Origin: Neocallimastix sp. 'constans'
Taxonomy: Eukaryota
DNA length: 64,000 nt
Assembly (NCBI GenBank): GCA_050613775.1
Contig: JBODTK010000138.1
Location: 186,001 to 250,000, forward strand
Direction of reading: 5' to 3'
Shown here piece after piece: positions 57,893 through 64,000 of the stretch (its first letter is position 1; every line of letters begins with the position of its first letter). Below the pieces are notes generated by a model that was not told the origin of the DNA, ran no database searches, and was given only the letters and a program-made list of their open reading frames with translations. A program made the translations under genes and the position numbers.

Positions 57893-59772
57893 TTACATTA
57901 AACCACAATCTCTAAGATTAGTTTGAATAATAATATCATTTACAGCAGCCATAACAAACTTTATTTGAGTAGTATCGGTAGCACATGTAAAGTGAGTATA
58001 GATTTGTTTTGGTTCAGTATGGTTTAATGCTACAAAACGGTTAAGAATATATTGACAGGCACTATCATAATCATCACCACCAACATAATCTTGGAAGTAT
58101 TTACCCATTGGTGATTTAGAAAGTTTTTCTCTGAAAAGATCAATTTTGTTTAAGAAAAGAATAATAGAAGTCTTAACAAACCATCTTGAATTACAAATGG
58201 AATCGAATAAAGTTAAGGCTTCTTGCATACGATTAACCGTTTCATCTTCAACTAATACTTGATCGTATTCACTAATAGCAACCATGAAAATAATAGCTGT
58301 AACATTTTCGAAACAGTGAATCCACTTCTTACGTTCAGATCTTTGACCACCAACATCAAACATACGGTAAGTTAAGTCCTTAATGTGGAAAGTAGTTTCA
58401 GTAATACCAGTAGTCTTTACACGAGATCTAAGAACATCTTGATCAGTTGGAATATAGTTTGGAGCTCTAATTCTGTCAATAGATTCAAAGTAGTATTTCG
58501 CAGAATCATTAAGTTGATATTCTCTTGAACGTTCATAACAAGCTTGAACTCCAGCATCCTTCCATAATAGGTTTACAGCATCAGCTACTCTAGCTGGTAA
58601 GACTTCATCTTCTATTTGATTTGGTAAATCTAATATAATAGCCATATTTTCTTGGTTTTGAGGATATTGTAAAGAAATTCCCATATTTTGCATAGCTTCT
58701 AAAATAACTCTCATAGATTGAACAGTGTTTGAGAAAATAATTTCTCTAAATGCTATTCTTTCTTCTTCACTATAACCTTGATCATGAATAAGCTTCATTT
58801 GTTTTAAGATAGTACTCTTTCCAGATTCACCAGCACCTTTATTATTAAAATTTAATAATTAAATATACATTCAATTAAGACATTTTTTATATTTTTTTAA
58901 AATAAAATTACTTTTTAATATTTATTTAATTTTAAATATTTTCCAATAAATAAATTTACTATTATAATATTATTATTTCATAAACAAAAATTTTTCCTCA
59001 ATTATTTTTGTCTTTTCATATCATTATTCATTTATTTTCTATTACTTTTTATATCAATCTATTATAATTTTTTTATTACTATTACTCTATTTTTTATTAT
59101 TATTTCTTATCTACTCATTTTTTTATTACTATTCCTCTATTTTTTATTATTATTTCTTATCTACTCTTTCTTTGTACTATAAATAACTCAATTTTTTATT
59201 AACTTTATTTATATCTACTATTTTTAAATCTTTTTAGTTTATTCGAAAATGATGAAAATAAAAATAATTACAAAGATTTATTTTCATCATTTTCGAATAA
59301 ACTAAATAGTACTCAAAAGTATAATATAAATTTTTTTTGTTCTATAAACAAATATTAGTTTAATATTGATATATTGAATACTCCATAATTTTTTCTCATA
59401 ACTTCATTCTATTCTTTCTCATAATATTTATTATTATTAACTAATTGTCTCGTGAACAAATAGGTTTCTTTTATTCTTCCATATTACAATGTAGTATTTT
59501 AGTATTTTATATATGTATAAAATAAATAGACATTGTAATATAGAAGAATATAAAATACTATTTTATACATATATAAAACACTATAATACTACTTTTTTAT
59601 TTTATTTTATTTTCAATATTAAATAAAAAATATTTTAAATTATTAATTTACCTAAAAGAAGCATCTTAACTTCACTTCTCATTCTCATCTTTTCTTGGAT
59701 AAGTTGGTTATTAATATCATCATTGATACGTTTTCCCTCCTTATCTTCAGGACTACTCATACAACAACCCAT
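57893..59772 (-). CDS. Heterotrimeric G-protein alpha subunit, fungal group I (Gi-like), 354 aa; exons 59772-59652 and 58836-57893
   Basis: MGCCMS myristoylation/palmitoylation start; KMLLL-G-AGESGKST joined across a GT-AG intron; RVKTTG, DVGGQRSERKKWIHCF, NKID, TCAT, C-terminal DCGLM. Confidence 0.97.
59233..59306. repeat. Perfect 30-bp inverted repeat in the G-alpha intron
   Basis: tttagtttattcgaaaatgatgaaaataaa at 59233-59262; reverse complement at 59277-59306; 14-nt loop. Confidence 0.9.
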
Positions 59773-62619
59773 CTTGATATATTTCTATTTATCTATTTTT
59801 TATTTAATTTTTTTTATAAAATAGATATTATAATAGATATTGAAAAAATTAATATATTAATATTTTCTATTATTATTTATAATTATAAATAAATGATAAA
59901 CATATTGTTCAAATATTCTATTAATTTCGTATTTTTTGTCTCTTTTATTTAGTAGCTACTGATTTGTAATTTTATGGTAATATATTCTACTTTTTATTTT
60001 TGATATTTTTTTCAATTTATTCATGATACTATTTTGTTTAATTTTCTTCCATCTAACATATTATCTTATATTTCTTAAACTTATCTATTAATTTTTTTTT
60101 TATATTTCGTATTGAAGTTTTGATTACTTTTTTTCTCTCTCAAATAATATATATATTATTTTTGTTCATATAAAAATAGATTTGAATAATATTATTTTAA
60201 AACAACTTTTTTTAAATATTTAAACATACTTATAAAAATTATTAATAAATAATTTATATTTTTCTGAATATATATAATAGCTTTATTGTAATTAATCTAT
60301 ATAATCTTTGAATATTTTTTAATAAAAAAATAATATTTTATTATCTTCTAATTCTATTAAATCTAATCTTAAATAAAGAAAAAATAAATAATTCTTCTAT
60401 TATCTTCTAATTCTGATATAACAAAACTACATAAATAAATAAAAATAAATATTTTTTTTAAAAAAAAATATTAAAAAAATAAAAAAACTAACTAAAAAAT
60501 AAATGTTAAAAAAAATATTTTTTTAATTCAAATATATTTTCTAACACTATTATGAATACTATATTTCTATTATTTTATTTAGCTATTATTTTTATTATAA
60601 AAATATCTCAATAGGTTTAAAACATATTTTTTTAGAAAATATATTATTTTGTATTATACGTCTTACAAAGAATTCTACTTTGTATTATCATAATACTTAA
60701 TATTTTATTAATATTTTTATATTTATTATAGTTTTATTGTTTTTATTATTAATATATTTAATCTATATTTATTATAGTTTCATTTTTATGTTAGTATTTA
60801 TTATTTAGACTACTGTTTAAAATAGAATAAACTTTTTTAAATATATAAACTTTAAATATTTTTATACTTTAAGATATTTATAGTAAATGTTTTATTATAT
60901 AATACATAGTTTATATTTTCATAGATATTTTTTAAGTATTTGGAAAATAATTTACTTTAAAAAACTATTTTTATAAATACTGAAAAAAAAATATTCTATA
61001 ACCTTTGAATTCATTTTTTTAAAATTTTAACTTTTTAGATAATATACTATTATAAACATTTCAATGTATTTTATTTTATTTATTATATTTTATCTTTATA
61101 AATATTTTAGGATTGTTAATAAAACTTTACACTATATGCTATATTATTATTTTTTTTTAAACTTTTTTCTTATCATATCACAAATAATATCATATTTTTA
61201 AACATATTTTATTTCAAATACTTTTTTCATACTATATAATAAATATATTATTATTTTTTTTAATTTAAATAAAAAAAAAATACCTTTTTTTTTCTAAAAA
61301 ATTAAATAAATTAAATTAATATTTTGTAGTACAGTAAAGGAATAATTGTTTCTATTATAAATTTATATTTTAATAAAATTATTAGTATATTTATTAAAAT
61401 AAAATATATTTAAATATAAAATAAGATAAAAAGTCGCTTATAAATATATTTTTGCTTTTTTTTTTTTGTGTACTTTTAGATTCTATTATTAAACTTCCTA
61501 ACTATTTACTATTTATTTTTTTTTTATCATTTATATACTTTTTTATTTTTTTTGACTTTTGATGGATTAATAATATATATATAATTGTTTAATAAAATAT
61601 AACTTTATATTTACTTTCTTATTTAAAAGTTATGCGATTTTGTTTTTTTTTTTTTTTTTTTCTATTAAATATTTAGTTTTATTATTTCTATAAACAGTAT
61701 TTACTTTTTATTTATAAAAAAGTTTTTATTTTATTTTTTATTTATTATTTTTTTTAATTTATAATAACAAAGTTATTAATATATATAATTTATTTATACT
61801 TCTATATATTTTTTTATTTTATTATTTTTTATTTATTATTTTTTTAAAACTTTTTTTTTTTTTATTTTCTATAAAATAAATATGACTTGATTTCAATATA
61901 TCATAAATATGAAATCTAAAAGAGTAATTATCTATAAAAAGATTTAAAAAAAATAATATCTATTATAAATAAATAAAAAAATAATTTTTTAAAAATAAAA
62001 TAAGAAAAGAAAGAAAAGAAAAATTTTTTTTATTTATTCAACTTTTTTTTTTTTTTTTAAATTAATCTTCGAATAGATTTTTATTATTATTTACACAAGA
62101 AATAAAATAAAATAAAATAAAATATGAATTTTAATATTATTATAAATTATTTTATTAATATTTATTATTTATTATTAATATTTATTATTATTATTATTAA
62201 TTATTTTATTATTATTTATCTTTTATTATTTATTATTATTATTTATTATTATTTATTATTATTTATTATTTATTATTTATTATTATTTAGATAAAAAAAT
62301 AAATAAAAAAATTTTTTTTGTAATAAAAAATTAAAAAAAAAAAAAAAAATTATTTTATTATTATTTTATTAATTTTTATATTAAAAATTTATTAAAAAAT
62401 GACAAAAAAAAATTTATATATATTCAAGTATATATGAAATCAATTGGAATATATTGGAATAGAATATAGCTATTTAATTTATAAATGAAAATATTAATTT
62501 TAATTATTAATTTAATTTATTTTTACTTTGTACTCTTTATATTGAAAGAAAAAAAAATTTTTTTATATGGATATAAAAAAATTATCCATAAATTTCATAT
62601 GTTTATTACTCTTTTCATT

Positions 62620-63200
62620 ATTTATTAATCAATTCTTCTTTATTTAATTATTAATAAATAATCTTATTATTTATTATTTATTATTTATTAATCAATACTT
62701 CTTTATTTATTATTTATTAATCAATACTTCTTTATTTATTATTTATTATTTAATTATTAATACTTCTTTTGATTTATTATTTATATTTAACTATTAATAC
62801 TTCTTTATTTATTATTTATTATTTAATTATTAATACTTCTTTTGATTTATTATTTATATTTAACTATTAATACTTCTTTATTTATTATTTATTATTTAAT
62901 TATTAATACTTCTTTTGATTTATTATTTATATTTAACTATTAATACTTCTTTATTTATTATTTATTATTTATTAATCAATACCTCTTTTGATTTATTATT
63001 TAATTATTAATAAATACTCTTTTTATTATTTATTATTTATTATTTATTAATAAATACTCTTTTTATTATTTATTATTTATTAATAAATACTCTTTTTATT
63101 ATTTATTATTTATTAATAAATACTCTTTTTGTTATTTATTATTTATTATTTATTAATAAATACTCATATTATTTATTATTTAATTATTTAATTATTATCT
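62620..63200. repeat. AT-rich minisatellite array (~74-bp higher-order unit built from tattaatacttcttt subunits)
   Basis: tattaatacttcttttgatttattatttatatttaactattaatacttctttatttatt repeated about three times, followed by taataaatactcttttt variants. Confidence 0.85.
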
Positions 63201-64000
63201 ACTTGTTACTCAAATAGAATTTAATATTTAACAATATTTTTAGTTCAATATAATTTAATATAATCTATTAGAGTTTATTAATTATAGATTATTAATTATT
63301 TTGTTATTGTAATAATTGCAATAATTAATAATAGATTAACTATTTTTTTTATCTTTTTTTATCATTTCACTTAATTTAGGATAAACAATAGAAATTATTA
63401 TTTTTATATTATTTTATTGTATTTTTTTTTTCATATTCAGATTATTCAATATTATTTTATAATTTTATTACTGTTTATATTTAGTTTATATTAGTTTATA
63501 CTATTTTTTTATTTTTTAATATTATTTCAGATGGGTTTGGATTATTTTTATATTTATTTACTGTTTAAAAATAGGATTAATAATCTCTCTCTCATTTTTT
63601 TTTTAATTGGTTTTAGTTTTTGTTTTTATACTTGAACTATTAGCATTATTAATTATTCATATTATTTCTTTCCTACGCGGTCAATCCCATTAACAAAATA
63701 TTAAAAATATCATATTTTTAACTAAGGCTTATGAATAAACTATAAATCGGATAAAATTATAAATAAAAAATGATATATTAAAGTTTATTTTAATATTTAT
63801 TATTTACTTAAACTACTCATATTTTATATAATAAAACATGATTATTAATGGATGATTAATTACTTTAATAGTATTAATTTTATATAATTAACTATTTATT
63901 TGAATTTATAAAGATTACTAATATGATGATTATTCAATTATTTATTATTTATTATTTATTAATAAATACTCTTCTTTTTATTATTTATTATTTATTATTT

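Overview
Extremely AT-rich, homopolymer-rich eukaryotic DNA with GT-AG introns. It almost certainly comes from an anaerobic gut fungus (Neocallimastigomycota), because it encodes an intronless GH6 cellulase with two fungal (CBM10-type) dockerins. Five intact host genes are supported: two spliced paralogues encoding an uncharacterised, probably 7-transmembrane protein (19534-21175 and 30551-32080), an intronless bacterial-type hexapeptide-repeat sugar O-acetyltransferase (39190-39723), the GH6 cellulase (45466-46938) and a group I (Gi-like) G-protein alpha subunit (57893-59772). The rest is nested transposon debris: an LTR element relic with a tRNA-Ala primer-binding site, MULE transposase pseudogenes and a related MITE, and several APE-type LINE copies with short poly(A)-tailed 3' fragments and target-site duplications (TSDs). 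Satellites and perfect hairpins are also present. The most notable observations are: (1) the bacterial-type acetyltransferase is bracketed by ~300-390 bp inverted repeats, like a cargo-carrying (Pack-MULE-like or composite) transposon; (2) the GPCR-like 7TM paralogue pair; (3) a covarying stem-loop at the 5' end of two LINE copies and a conserved 3'-terminal motif shared by divergent LINE families. All alignments and transmembrane calls were made by eye. Some frameshifts in homopolymers may be sequencing errors.
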